Source of the DNA: Gammaproteobacteria bacterium
Lineage (GTDB): Bacteria > Pseudomonadota > Gammaproteobacteria > Eutrophobiales > Eutrophobiaceae
Assembly: GCA_021773215.1 (NCBI GenBank)
Contig: JAJFKM010000041.1
Span: 1,099-65,098 of the forward strand
Length of the DNA stretch: 64,000 nucleotides
Direction of reading: 5' to 3'
This document shows positions 1 to 9,373 of this stretch, piece after piece. The position numbers and the translations under genes were made by a program. The notes below the pieces were generated by a model that was given only the letters and a program-made list of their open reading frames with translations, had not been told where the DNA came from and made no database searches. How positions within the stretch are numbered: position 1 is the stretch's first letter; the number at the start of each line of letters is the position of its first letter.

Positions 1-100
1 AATCGATGATTAACCGTTGAACGAGATCTTTGATGATGTGGTAGGCGGGATTGTGAGAATCGACCTTTGATAGATCGTCAGCACTTTTAAATAACAACAT
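1..100 (-). CDS. hypothetical protein, N-terminal part only (gene continues past the window start)
   Basis: ATG at 98-100 on the minus strand is preceded by a strong AGGAGGT Shine-Dalgarno (reverse complement of 107-113) with 6-nt spacing. The frame stays open to the window edge (MLLFKSADDLSKVDSHNPAYHIIKDLVQRLIID...). It is too short to be in the ORF track because it is truncated. Confidence 0.35.
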   Translation of the reverse strand, partial: MLLFKSADDLSKVDSHNPAYHIIKDLVQRLIID

Positions 101-382
101 AGGTTTGTTACCTCCTAAAGAATGGACGATAAAAATCCGCAGTACATAAATGCACGGCAGGTTATTTGAGGTTGTATGTAATTAAGGGATTAAAATTAAG
201 GTGTGTATGTGTACTTCATATAAGGTACTTATTTTTGCGCAATTGATACCTTCGATAGATTAGTGTTTGGTCATTGATTAATTGAGGGGCTGCATTGCTT
301 AGTGGCCTGGATGGGGCAGCGGAAAAAGTGGGCGGTGAGAGGGGCGGATAATTCGATGGATTTGATCGGGATAGTTTTATAA

Positions 383-1375
383 GTGCTAGAAAAATGCATT
401 ACGTTTGGCGAGTTTTTAGCGCATCGCGCGCCGATGACGGGCTATTACCCGGATAGGGGGCTTTTCAACCAAGGCAAGTCCGGCCCGATCGTCGATCGGT
501 TACGGAAGGAACTGGCAATCCTGCCGGGAGATCGCTTCATGGGATCGGTTGCAACAGTATGGGGCGCGAAGGGGGGAGCGCTGCGGCAAGAGCTTTCATT
601 GCCCGCCAGTACCACGCTCGAACCTGGACAATTCGAGGAGTTCATCGCCTATGTCGGAAACAAGACCGGAAATGATCATGATCTGATCGATCTTTGGAGG
701 TTTAACATTCCGACCCTGTCCGAGTATGGGCAGAGTGTTTCGCGTCAGTACATGTTCTACATCCAGAATTTTCTTAGCGAGAGCGGTGACCCTACGGAAG
801 TCTCAATAGCTTTCCCCAGGAAGGCCAATGTGGGAGTAATGGCCGCCATGGGCGTGTGTTTTATCGTGATTGACCGCCCATTGTCAGATTCCCGAGTAAC
901 GCTAGCTCTAACAGAGCAGTTTGCCCACACAACCCTTTATCTCTACGAGATCGCAGACCCAATTCTAGGAAACTACAGTCCGGTGAGTTTTGAGTTGGAT
1001 CCCAACTTATCAAAATTTCGGGCCAGCGTAGAGGGAGACCCGGGTGTCCTAGCAAGAACGGCGTATGTGCAGGAGCTGGTGGAAGGTACGGTAGTCCCTG
1101 CCCGTGACGCACAGATGGCCTACGAGAAGGGAGGTGTACACGTGACTGCGTCGAACGAGGGCACGTCAGTACTTCTTCTACCCTTGCAATTTTCTCACTG
1201 CCTGAGCACCCGGGACCATGGGGTCAAGCTCAGTCGCGCCAATCTCATCTTCACCCAGATCAAGTTCCATGGTGTCCTAGACACGAAGATTGAATGGGAA
1301 TTCGACTTCTGGAGAGGTAGCGATTGTAGGGTTCAGGATGTCGGTGACATGCGGTTGTTGGGACTACTCAATTGA
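383..1375 (+). CDS. hypothetical soluble protein (330 aa) whose C-terminal ~110 aa are homologous to the C-terminal domain of the 717-aa membrane protein at 1846-3999
   Basis: Long ORF in the GC-rich block. By eye its tail (SVLLLPLQFSHCLSTR...RANLIFTQIKFHGVLDTKIE...DCRVQDVGD) aligns with the tail of the 717-aa protein (SLVVVPFAFSNCLRIV...RVNLLLTGILFEGSLDVLIE...DCLLKDVQD). No recognisable enzymatic motif. Confidence 0.55.
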   Translation: MLEKCITFGEFLAHRAPMTGYYPDRGLFNQGKSGPIVDRLRKELAILPGDRFMGSVATVWGAKGGALRQELSLPASTTLEPGQFEEFIAYVGNKTGNDHDLIDLWRFNIPTLSEYGQSVSRQYMFYIQNFLSESGDPTEVSIAFPRKANVGVMAAMGVCFIVIDRPLSDSRVTLALTEQFAHTTLYLYEIADPILGNYSPVSFELDPNLSKFRASVEGDPGVLARTAYVQELVEGTVVPARDAQMAYEKGGVHVTASNEGTSVLLLPLQFSHCLSTRDHGVKLSRANLIFTQIKFHGVLDTKIEWEFDFWRGSDCRVQDVGDMRLLGLLN

Positions 1376-1845
1376 TGTAACCCTAGCTACCAGATTGAAA
1401 AGGTTGACCTTTGGCCGAACAATGCCTCTCCTGGCGGTTTTTCATAATAACTTTCATGGTCCTTCTCCTAGTCTGCTGTACATCGCAAGCTCCTCTGTTG
1501 CACTCAGATGCCGGTTCAGATAAGGGCGACCATCCCAGTCACGGCCATAGATTGACCGGGCCATGGTGAAAACAAAGCTGTTATTGTTGACGTCACTATG
1601 CAGGCGTATGTTCTGTCTGTGATTGACGCAATAAATACTGCGAACGGTGGCAGCTTGAACTTGAACCATAGTTCTGTGTTGGATATATCCGGACAACCTA
1701 ATGGTGGTATTTATAAGTTTGAATGATTGAGCTTGGAAAGCGGTGACGTTTTTAGAGATTCGATGTTGTTTTCTTCGTATCATTGTAACTTCATACAATT
1801 TAACTTATCAGCACCTTTTATACACCTGTTTGACTTTATTCCAAT

Positions 1846-3999
1846 TTATGAAGCGTTTAGATCCTCAATGTCTTGCACGTCTTTCAGAAGACAATCAGTA
1901 TTACTAAACGGCGTTTGATGATGCTCGATCAACACATCAAGAGAGCCCTCAAACAAAATACCGGTCAACAATAGGTTTACTCGCTTCAACTCGGCCGACT
2001 CGGAACTACTCGACCCCACGATTCGCAAGCAATTGGAAAACGCGAAGGGAACCACGACCAAAGAATGCCCGCTGGTGTTGGCACGGACGCGGAAGCCACC
2101 ACGTTCCATAGTGATCGAAATGGCACGGGCGGGCATCAGCGGTTTCGTATGGTCGGTTCGCGATAGCATCGCCGTTTGCGCGAAATCAACCTCTTGCTCC
2201 CCGAGCCACGCGAGCGCGGTGTTTGACGAAGTGAAGGGTACCGTCTCCGTCGGCGATATGCCGAGATTGGTTTCTGAAATTACATCTAATGCGAGCGGTT
2301 CTTTTCCCTCCAATGTAATTTCTTGAACGCGTTCCGTCTCAGGCGTCGGGGGGCCATCGGTAATAATGTAGCGGACTCCGAGGAGGCGAAGGATCCGCAG
2401 GTTCGGCAGGCGCATATTGAGAATGTTGCGACTTTGGCCGTCGCCGGCCGGCGCTAGGTACTGTGTGGCGACACCCCACAGCTCAGGTGGAATGGTATGG
2501 CTGAATTCGATTAATGTGGGAATACCATAATACCAAAGGCCGATGGTGCGATGCTCATTACCGATGGCCCGCATGAGTTTCAAGTCCAGACCAAACATTT
2601 CGTTCCAGCCGGATTGAGCCGGCAGCCCTTGACCGGTCATAGTGACCACCCGACCACGGAAAGGCGAGCCGCGAAAGAGTCCTACTTCATCGCTCAAGAT
2701 GTTCGTCAGTATCGATGCTGTCGGCGGATAAATATTGGGTCGAGCATTGATGGTACGATGCAGATAGTTTGGACCATGTAGTGCTAGAAAGCCGGATAAT
2801 ACGATTGCAATTTCGGCACATAGACCTAGTGTCGGGCGTGGTAAAGACGTTTTTCTCAACAAGTACAAACCGGAGTATGTTACTACATCGAAGAGCAGCA
2901 GCATTGCGAATACGACATAGATCGGCCAAATGACCATTTCATAATACAGTGGAATTGCTACGGATTTGCCGTAAGTGGCATAATACCATGTGGCCGATAA
3001 GATGAGTCCGACCAATATTGTCGTGGCTAGCGCAAACTGTCGCCTCCGCTCGCTCCCGAATAGAATGCAGTAAATACTACCGGTCACACCCAAGGCGGCT
3101 ATTATCGACGAAATCGGCTCAAATGAATAGCGCAGTAGCAGTGACCCGTCGCTTGCCGGATGATTAGTGCGATATGCATTTTCTAGGAAAAAGTGGAAGT
3201 AGGTGTCGGACGACATGCCCAACATTGCCTCAGGTAACCCCGAAACGACCAAGAACACCAGAACACATCCTCCCCATAAGAACTTACTGAGAAGCTCAGC
3301 CCGATTACGTGCACCAATAAAAAAAACGACGCCGAACACGACAATAAAGGGAAGCGTCACCGCAAAGAAGAGCCCGAAGGCTGTTGCCAGCACCCATGTC
3401 AGAAAGCTGATTGCCCCTGCTCTTAGTGCGTCTCCTAAAAGTGGGCCGCGGCCGATGCCGGCCCAGAGTACAATTATGGCGAAGGCTGTCAGGTCCAAGC
3501 TGACCAGTATCGGAAAATCGCCAGTTACATTGTAGAACAGAGATGGAAAGCTGAGCGGTGAAATGACCAATACCGCAAACCATCCTGTGACCACCGCTCG
3601 ACCGGATTTGACACCCAACCAAAACGCGAGTAGCGACACACCGACGAACATTTCAACGGACGCGGTGGTGTGGATAGCTATCTTTTGCCAAGTCGGATCA
3701 GAAAAGAACTGCGCTACTGCCAGTTCTGGAATCCAGCGAGTGTTGGCAAAATACCAGAGATCGTTTAGACCTTGCAGGGGATTCGTAGAAAAACCTAGGC
3801 TTGGGGAAGCGAATTCCATTTGACTCCGGACAAGCGTCAATAGGTAGTGCCCGTCTATGTAGCTGAGTAAATTATCAACGTTGAGCCAAAACGTCGCACT
3901 GGTGAATATGGCGACTAAGAGCGTATGCACGGCCAGACGACTCGGCCAAGCTGCGTCTATTTGGCGGACGGTTGGGGAGTGGGGAGTTATATTGACCAT
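1846..3999 (-). CDS. large polytopic integral membrane protein (717 aa) with a C-terminal non-membrane domain; GT-C-like glycosyltransferase architecture is possible but unproven
   Basis: Long ORF with more than 10 hydrophobic helix-length segments over the first ~430 aa, then a ~280-aa hydrophilic C-terminal region. GC-rich relative to the rest of the window. It lies immediately downstream of the secreted-protein gene on the same strand, so the two may form an operon. Confidence 0.65.
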   Translation of the reverse strand: MVNITPHSPTVRQIDAAWPSRLAVHTLLVAIFTSATFWLNVDNLLSYIDGHYLLTLVRSQMEFASPSLGFSTNPLQGLNDLWYFANTRWIPELAVAQFFSDPTWQKIAIHTTASVEMFVGVSLLAFWLGVKSGRAVVTGWFAVLVISPLSFPSLFYNVTGDFPILVSLDLTAFAIIVLWAGIGRGPLLGDALRAGAISFLTWVLATAFGLFFAVTLPFIVVFGVVFFIGARNRAELLSKFLWGGCVLVFLVVSGLPEAMLGMSSDTYFHFFLENAYRTNHPASDGSLLLRYSFEPISSIIAALGVTGSIYCILFGSERRRQFALATTILVGLILSATWYYATYGKSVAIPLYYEMVIWPIYVVFAMLLLFDVVTYSGLYLLRKTSLPRPTLGLCAEIAIVLSGFLALHGPNYLHRTINARPNIYPPTASILTNILSDEVGLFRGSPFRGRVVTMTGQGLPAQSGWNEMFGLDLKLMRAIGNEHRTIGLWYYGIPTLIEFSHTIPPELWGVATQYLAPAGDGQSRNILNMRLPNLRILRLLGVRYIITDGPPTPETERVQEITLEGKEPLALDVISETNLGISPTETVPFTSSNTALAWLGEQEVDFAQTAMLSRTDHTKPLMPARAISITMERGGFRVRANTSGHSLVVVPFAFSNCLRIVGSSSSESAELKRVNLLLTGILFEGSLDVLIEHHQTPFSNTDCLLKDVQDIEDLNAS

Positions 4000-4293
4000 A
4001 TTGAGTGACGTAAGTTTTTAAAGTTGTTAAGCGCCTAGTTTAACAAAGCTGCTGTTGCGTGTTTTAGCGTTCATAAAGAGGCGAGGAAATTTCCATAATC
4101 CATAACGAAGGGAGTTGTTTGGAGCTTCCTCTCAGCTGAGTCCAAAGTGCAATAAGAATTTTTGTTACTCACCGTTGATAACTCGCACTTAAATTGTAAC
4201 TTTTTCTATATTCACAATTTCTGAGAAACCGGAACTCGATCCTTACTAGCAATTTTATAAAGGCTGGAATTCGATAACGAGTTCCAGAGTCTG

Positions 4294-5196
4294 TTACGAC
4301 TGTAGTGGAGAAAGGTACAGTGTTCCGGATTGCATTGTCGCACAGCCGCCCTGTCCCCCGTTGGACATAAACAACGACACACGGACATAGCCCTCCTCAG
4401 CCCCTTTCGCACCGATTGCCACTGTATGAATGGTGCTGACATCATTGGGACTGCCTTGATAATGAATCGCTGTGTGACTGAATGGGACCCCGTCTATACC
4501 GACCATGACATGCACATAACCTCTGGGCTTGTCGCTTTTAACTGTTCCGGAGACATAGGCATTTGGAACCGTGAAAGCCTGTCGAAATGTGTCATTTATA
4601 CCAAAGGTCAGAAATTCCAGAAAAAAGCCTGAAATCTCCGTCATCGTGTCCGAGCATGTTCTCGCAATCGGCGCGCCGAGCGTCGGGCCAATGAAGGCTG
4701 CGAGCCCAGTATGCCCTCGATTGGCCCACGAGATCGTCATCTGTCGATTGACTTCACCTCTGATCATTCCATTCTCGTCGGTCCGAGCCATACCAACAAG
4801 GGAGAGTGTGGGATCGTCTACGTGAACCTCATTTCCGTAGGTTTCATCCTCCTTGTGGCCACCGGTACTGAAGCTCATCTTCATCACCTTGTCATCCATG
4901 AAAACGAACGTGCGGTAGAGCGTCAGCGGCGCAAGTATTTGACCGCATACTTTTTCAATGCAGGCATTTTTCACTTCACCAATCACCCCCCCAGAAATGA
5001 CTCCTACACCCGGCGGTATTGTTTCTGATTGCCCAGCTATAACGATCTGGTTACCATTTTTCGGAACGAAATGAACCCGACTGAAGGGAGAACCTGAATC
5101 GGCCAAGGGAAGAAATTGCCCCTCATTGCCAGCCCAGGCGAGTTGATTAATCGATATTATGAAAATTAAACCTAAACCTAGAAAAATATGATTCAT
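4294..5196 (-). CDS. secreted or periplasmic hypothetical protein (300 aa) with an N-terminal signal peptide
   Basis: N-terminus MNHIFLGLGLIFIISINQLAWA- is a typical Sec signal peptide with an AxA cleavage motif. Long ORF in the GC-rich block. No recognised domain. Confidence 0.55.
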   Translation of the reverse strand: MNHIFLGLGLIFIISINQLAWAGNEGQFLPLADSGSPFSRVHFVPKNGNQIVIAGQSETIPPGVGVISGGVIGEVKNACIEKVCGQILAPLTLYRTFVFMDDKVMKMSFSTGGHKEDETYGNEVHVDDPTLSLVGMARTDENGMIRGEVNRQMTISWANRGHTGLAAFIGPTLGAPIARTCSDTMTEISGFFLEFLTFGINDTFRQAFTVPNAYVSGTVKSDKPRGYVHVMVGIDGVPFSHTAIHYQGSPNDVSTIHTVAIGAKGAEEGYVRVSLFMSNGGQGGCATMQSGTLYLSPLQS

Positions 5197-5746
5197 ACTG
5201 AACTCGTAAATGGGGTGCTCAATTTGGCTACTATAATATATTTAATCCAGCTAGGCACTCATACATTAATTTGCCAATAATTTTGCAATTATATAATCGA
5301 AAATTATTATGGATAGTTCTATAAAAATAATCAAGTAAGTCGTATCATAATTATTAAGTCTGAATTTATAGATATCCGCTTTGAGTCTCCTCCAATTAGC
5401 TGACAAAAAACATTATCTTTCAAATCAAGAAAATCAGTGTAAATATAGAAAGCAAAAGTAGAATAATCAGTAAGACAACGGATTAACCTACATACACTCA
5501 AGCTATACCGAATACAATTTCGCGACAGTTAAATTTAATGAACGCGAGAGACATTAGGGTTTAAAACCCCAGAAGAAAAGATTAAGGAATGTGTTGCATA
5601 TACAGATTGAATTAGCAGTACAATGCAGACATAAAATGAAATTATATAAAGTGAGTATGACTATATATTGCTATTTCTTATGTATTAAATAAATAACATA
5701 TGATGATGTTTTCTAAATCATATGGAAGATATTATCTGAAATTAAT

Positions 5747-5778
5747 TTGAATAAGAATTTGAAGGTTTTGTATATAAT
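5747..5778 (+). promoter_or_regulatory. candidate sigma70 promoter for the AT-rich sugar-modification operon
   Basis: TTGAAT (5747-5752), an 18-nt spacer, then TATATAAT (5771-5778), about 55 nt upstream of the 5832 start. The background is extremely AT-rich, so a chance match is likely. Confidence 0.2.
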
Positions 5779-5831
5779 GATTGAATCGATATTAATTAAA
5801 CAATGGATAATTTAGAAAAATTAATACTAGG

Positions 5832-6776
5832 ATGAATAAAAATGCCATCATAGTAGGCAGTTCTGGGCAAGATGGGAGGTTGCTCTCAAGTCTTTTAGTT
5901 TCTCGTGGATACAAAGTTACTAAGATTTCACGCGAATCTATTATTACTGGTGATATCCAATCCGATCCTATTGATATTGGAGACCTGAAACAGGTTAATG
6001 ATCTTGTCAAAAAAATAAAACCACAGGAAATATATTTCCTAGCTGCTTTTCATCATTCGTCCGAAGATGATCTTTGCAATGAAGCTTTTTTATTACAAGA
6101 AAGCAATAGAGTGCACTTCATAGCTGCAACAGCGTTCCTAGAGGCCATACGAACATTTTCACCTAAAAGTAGGTTTTTTTATGCAGCTTCATCACATGTT
6201 TTCGGAGAACCAACCACACTCATTCAAGATGAAAAAACACCACTAAATCCTGATAGCGTATATGGAATAACTAAAACCGCGGGTTTGCTCTCCTGCAGAT
6301 ATTATCGAGAAACACATGGTGTCTTTGCAGCAGTAGGTATTATGTATAATCATGAATCATCTTTACGTGATGTACGATTTGTATCAAAAAAGATAGCTAC
6401 TGGAGTAGCGCTTATTAAAAGTGGTGTTAAAGAAAATATTGTTTTGGGTGATCTTGATGCCGCAGTTGATTGGGGTTGTGCGTCTGATTTTGTTGAAGCC
6501 ATGACACGAATAATGGACCTAGATATATCTGAGGATTTTGTCATAGCTACAGGGGAACGTCATACTGTAAGAGAGTTTGTTGATATTGCTTTTAGTTACG
6601 CTAATCTAAATTATAAACTATATATAAAACCTGCACATTCAATCATTAAACGTTCAGCTAAGAACCTTGTCGGAAATCCAGGCCGTCTAAAAAAAATAAC
6701 AGGCTGGAAACCAAAGGTAAGCTTTGATGAAATGGTACACCGTATGGTACAAGCTGAAATGGATGCATTATTATGA
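5832..6776 (+). CDS. NAD(P)-dependent sugar-nucleotide epimerase/dehydratase of the extended SDR family, GDP-mannose 4,6-dehydratase/Rmd-like
   Basis: N-terminal Rossmann motif AIIVGSSGQDGRLLSSLL resembles the GMD/Rmd GxxGQDG signature. Catalytic YxxxK is present (YGITK). AGGA Shine-Dalgarno 4 nt upstream. The stop overlaps the next gene's start in ATGA. Confidence 0.75.
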   Translation: MNKNAIIVGSSGQDGRLLSSLLVSRGYKVTKISRESIITGDIQSDPIDIGDLKQVNDLVKKIKPQEIYFLAAFHHSSEDDLCNEAFLLQESNRVHFIAATAFLEAIRTFSPKSRFFYAASSHVFGEPTTLIQDEKTPLNPDSVYGITKTAGLLSCRYYRETHGVFAAVGIMYNHESSLRDVRFVSKKIATGVALIKSGVKENIVLGDLDAAVDWGCASDFVEAMTRIMDLDISEDFVIATGERHTVREFVDIAFSYANLNYKLYIKPAHSIIKRSAKNLVGNPGRLKKITGWKPKVSFDEMVHRMVQAEMDALL

Positions 6777-8209
6777 GCAACGAACTTCTTATCTTTATTC
6801 CAACGTACAACGAAAGAGAAAATGTTGAAAGTATTATTATGGATATCATGGGACTTAGCTTGTCTGCCGATATCCTCTTCATTGACGACAGTTCGCCAGA
6901 TGGCACTGGTGATCTGCTAGAAGAATTTGCTTGTAAGTATGAAAATGTGATTGTACAACATCGAGCAGGAAAGCTTGGCGTCGGAAGTGCACACAAACAA
7001 GGGATTAAGTGGGCTTATGATAATGGATACAAGCTTTTGATTACAATGGACTGCGATTTTACGCATTCACCTAAAAAGATTATAGATTTTTTAAAGAAGT
7101 CTGATGATGCGGATGTGGTTGTTGGTTCACGTTATATGGATACGAATAGTCTTGTTGGGTGGAATCTGTTCCGTAAATTGCTAACTAATCTTGGGCATTC
7201 ACTAACTAAGTTTTTCCTAAAAATGCCTTACGATGCAACAGGTGGTTTTCGTCTTTACCGGCTTGATAGTATTTCATCTGTTTTTCTCAACTCAATATAT
7301 TCATCCAGTTATTCATTCTTTTTTGAGAGTCTTTATGTGTTACACCTCAATAACTTTAGAATTGTAGAAATATCTACTGTGCTTCCAGCACGAGTATATG
7401 GTCACTCAAAAATGCGCATCATTGATGCATGGTATAGTCTTATGCATCTAGTAGATATCTATTTTACAACTTTGCTTAATCGTGAGCGCTTCGAATTTGT
7501 GGAGCCCTTCAACTCGACAACAAAAAATCTTAAAGAGGATAAGGACTGGAACAATTATTGGTCCGGAAAGGATAAGCCAACACATCTTGTTTACGATCTT
7601 ATTGCTGCATTTTATAGAAGGTTTATCATTCGGCCGTCACTTAATCATTTTATCAGAAAGTATTTTGACCGGGATTCACAAGTTATGCATGCTGGATGCG
7701 GTAGTGGACAGGTAGATATTGGTATCGCAGATTACATCAAGATATCGGCGATCGATATTTCGGTTCAAGCACTTAGCATATACAAGAAAACAAACAAACA
7801 TCATCAGGAACTAATACATGGCTCTATTTTTTCTATCCCTGTGGAGAATGATTTTTATGATGGTATATACAATCTCGGAGTAATGGAGCACTTTCCCGAA
7901 GATGAAATTGTGAAAATACTATCAGAATTTCATCGCGTGTTAAAACCTGATGGCAAGTGTGTTCTGTTTTGGCCACCTGAATTTGGACTAAGTGTCATTT
8001 TCCTCAAATTTGTTCATTTTATTCTCAATCGGGTACTCAAAAAAGATATTTTGCTTCATCCAGCAGAAATAACTCGAGTTACATCAAAAGCTCAAGTTGC
8101 AGACTTTCTGAGTAAGACTGGGTTTTCATTGGTCGAATACAGTTTTGGTATTCGTGATTTTTTTACCTATGTGGTGGTCATAGGACAAAAGACTACTCAG
8201 AGGACCTAA
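6773..8209 (+). CDS. bifunctional family-2 glycosyltransferase (DPM1-like, N-terminal) fused to a class I SAM-dependent methyltransferase (C-terminal)
   Basis: N-terminus IFIPTYNERENV...LFIDDSSPDGT...TMDCDF carries the GT2 DxD/DxS-type motifs. C-terminus HAGCGSGQVDIG...GVMEHFPEDE...LKPDGKCVLFWPP carries methyltransferase motifs I-III. ATGA overlap with the upstream gene. Confidence 0.75.
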   Translation: MSNELLIFIPTYNERENVESIIMDIMGLSLSADILFIDDSSPDGTGDLLEEFACKYENVIVQHRAGKLGVGSAHKQGIKWAYDNGYKLLITMDCDFTHSPKKIIDFLKKSDDADVVVGSRYMDTNSLVGWNLFRKLLTNLGHSLTKFFLKMPYDATGGFRLYRLDSISSVFLNSIYSSSYSFFFESLYVLHLNNFRIVEISTVLPARVYGHSKMRIIDAWYSLMHLVDIYFTTLLNRERFEFVEPFNSTTKNLKEDKDWNNYWSGKDKPTHLVYDLIAAFYRRFIIRPSLNHFIRKYFDRDSQVMHAGCGSGQVDIGIADYIKISAIDISVQALSIYKKTNKHHQELIHGSIFSIPVENDFYDGIYNLGVMEHFPEDEIVKILSEFHRVLKPDGKCVLFWPPEFGLSVIFLKFVHFILNRVLKKDILLHPAEITRVTSKAQVADFLSKTGFSLVEYSFGIRDFFTYVVVIGQKTTQRT

Positions 8210-8210
8210 G

Positions 8211-9113
8211 ATGGTTGTTCAAGAAACTGAACTAGTAGATTTCCCTTGTCCGATCTGTGAAAACGTTGACTATGATGTTATCCATCCCGATACACTAGAT
8301 AATTGCTTACCAGAGTTTGGTTATGATTTTAACAGCAGACATTCGGATCACTATAGAATAATAAGGTGTCAAAGTTGTAGTCATGGGTATTGCTCACCTA
8401 GACCAGCTGATTTATATCGAAGCTATATTGATGTCGAGGATTCAGAGTATTTAAAGAATACAACACAAAGGTTAGAGACGGCGAGTTTAGTAATTGAGAC
8501 TATTAGAAAAATTAAGTTGTCTGGTAGGTTGTTGGACATCGGCCCCGCTACCGGTGACTTCCTTAGTATAGCAAAGAAATACTATGATTCAGATGGCTTA
8601 GAACTATCAAAATGGGCTGCGAATATTGCAGTAAAGAAAGGACACACAATCCATTCCTGCCGATTATCTGAACTCGTAACTAATACCGACTATGATATTA
8701 TCACTATGTGGGGGGTGATAGAACATTTCGAGTTCCCGAAAGATGAGATTATTGAAATTAAAAGGATACTTGCTGCAGATGGGATAGTTTGTTTTTGGAC
8801 AGGGGACATAGATTCCTGGTTGGCTCGGTTGCTCGGTTCAAAGTGGTGGTATATCCAAGGACAACATATACAGTACTTCAGTCAAAGGTCACTGGACAAG
8901 CTATTTGATGAGCAAGGTTTTAAACGCATATATACCGCACGTTATCCGTATGTGATGAGCTTGGAGTCTATGGCAAAATCACTTGGTCGTTATCCATTCA
9001 TTGGACCGTTAGCTAATGCAATTTTTTCTAATAGTCTATTTGGGAAATGGACTATTACATTTCGACTTCCAGGAGAACTTTTCGCAATTTACCAAAAGCA
9101 AGTAAATCAATAA
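8211..9113 (+). CDS. SAM-dependent methyltransferase with an N-terminal Cys4 zinc ribbon (sugar O- or C-methyltransferase family)
   Basis: CPIC...CQSC zinc ribbon, then LDIGPATGDF (motif I), ITMWGVIEHFEFP and LAADGIVCFW. Starts 2 nt after the upstream stop, so it is the third gene of the operon. Confidence 0.7.
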   Translation: MVVQETELVDFPCPICENVDYDVIHPDTLDNCLPEFGYDFNSRHSDHYRIIRCQSCSHGYCSPRPADLYRSYIDVEDSEYLKNTTQRLETASLVIETIRKIKLSGRLLDIGPATGDFLSIAKKYYDSDGLELSKWAANIAVKKGHTIHSCRLSELVTNTDYDIITMWGVIEHFEFPKDEIIEIKRILAADGIVCFWTGDIDSWLARLLGSKWWYIQGQHIQYFSQRSLDKLFDEQGFKRIYTARYPYVMSLESMAKSLGRYPFIGPLANAIFSNSLFGKWTITFRLPGELFAIYQKQVNQ

Positions 9114-9373
9114 AAGCTTTACCGCGTATAAAGTATTTTGATGTTCAAATAATCGCGAATCTGAATCAGGCAGTATGTTCGAGGAAGAGAATCGATCGAT
9201 ATTAAATTTCATGTTTATCTTGGTTCCATATCTTTGTTGCAGGAATCAAATATATAGCTATATGATGAGCTTGCGAACTGATTTATCGGAAGACAAATTA
9301 CTTGTAAGAAATACAGATGAGTTGTTATGGCTCTTTTCAGTTATAAAAGTAGTTAATCTCTCATTCTAAAGTT

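Noticed and set aside
1454-1798. 114-aa minus-strand ORF between the 330-aa gene and the membrane-protein gene.
   Set aside because: It lies in the convergent intergenic region, partly overlaps spurious plus-strand ORFs, and has no start context or motif.
4212-5028. ORFs 4212-4445, 4330-4632, 4571-4825 and 4711-5028 overlapping the 300-aa secreted-protein gene. Also 2033-2326, 2551-2781, 3203-3535 and 3563-3823 inside the 717-aa membrane-protein gene.
   Set aside because: In a GC-rich segment random long ORFs are frequent. The 300-aa and 717-aa ORFs have a signal peptide or TM architecture and coherent length; the overlapping ones do not.
9175-9369. 64-aa ORF in the AT-rich spacer between the two convergent zinc-ribbon methyltransferase genes.
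   Set aside because: Its composition is that of AT-rich intergenic DNA, with no RBS and no motif. It is likely non-coding spacer or terminator region.
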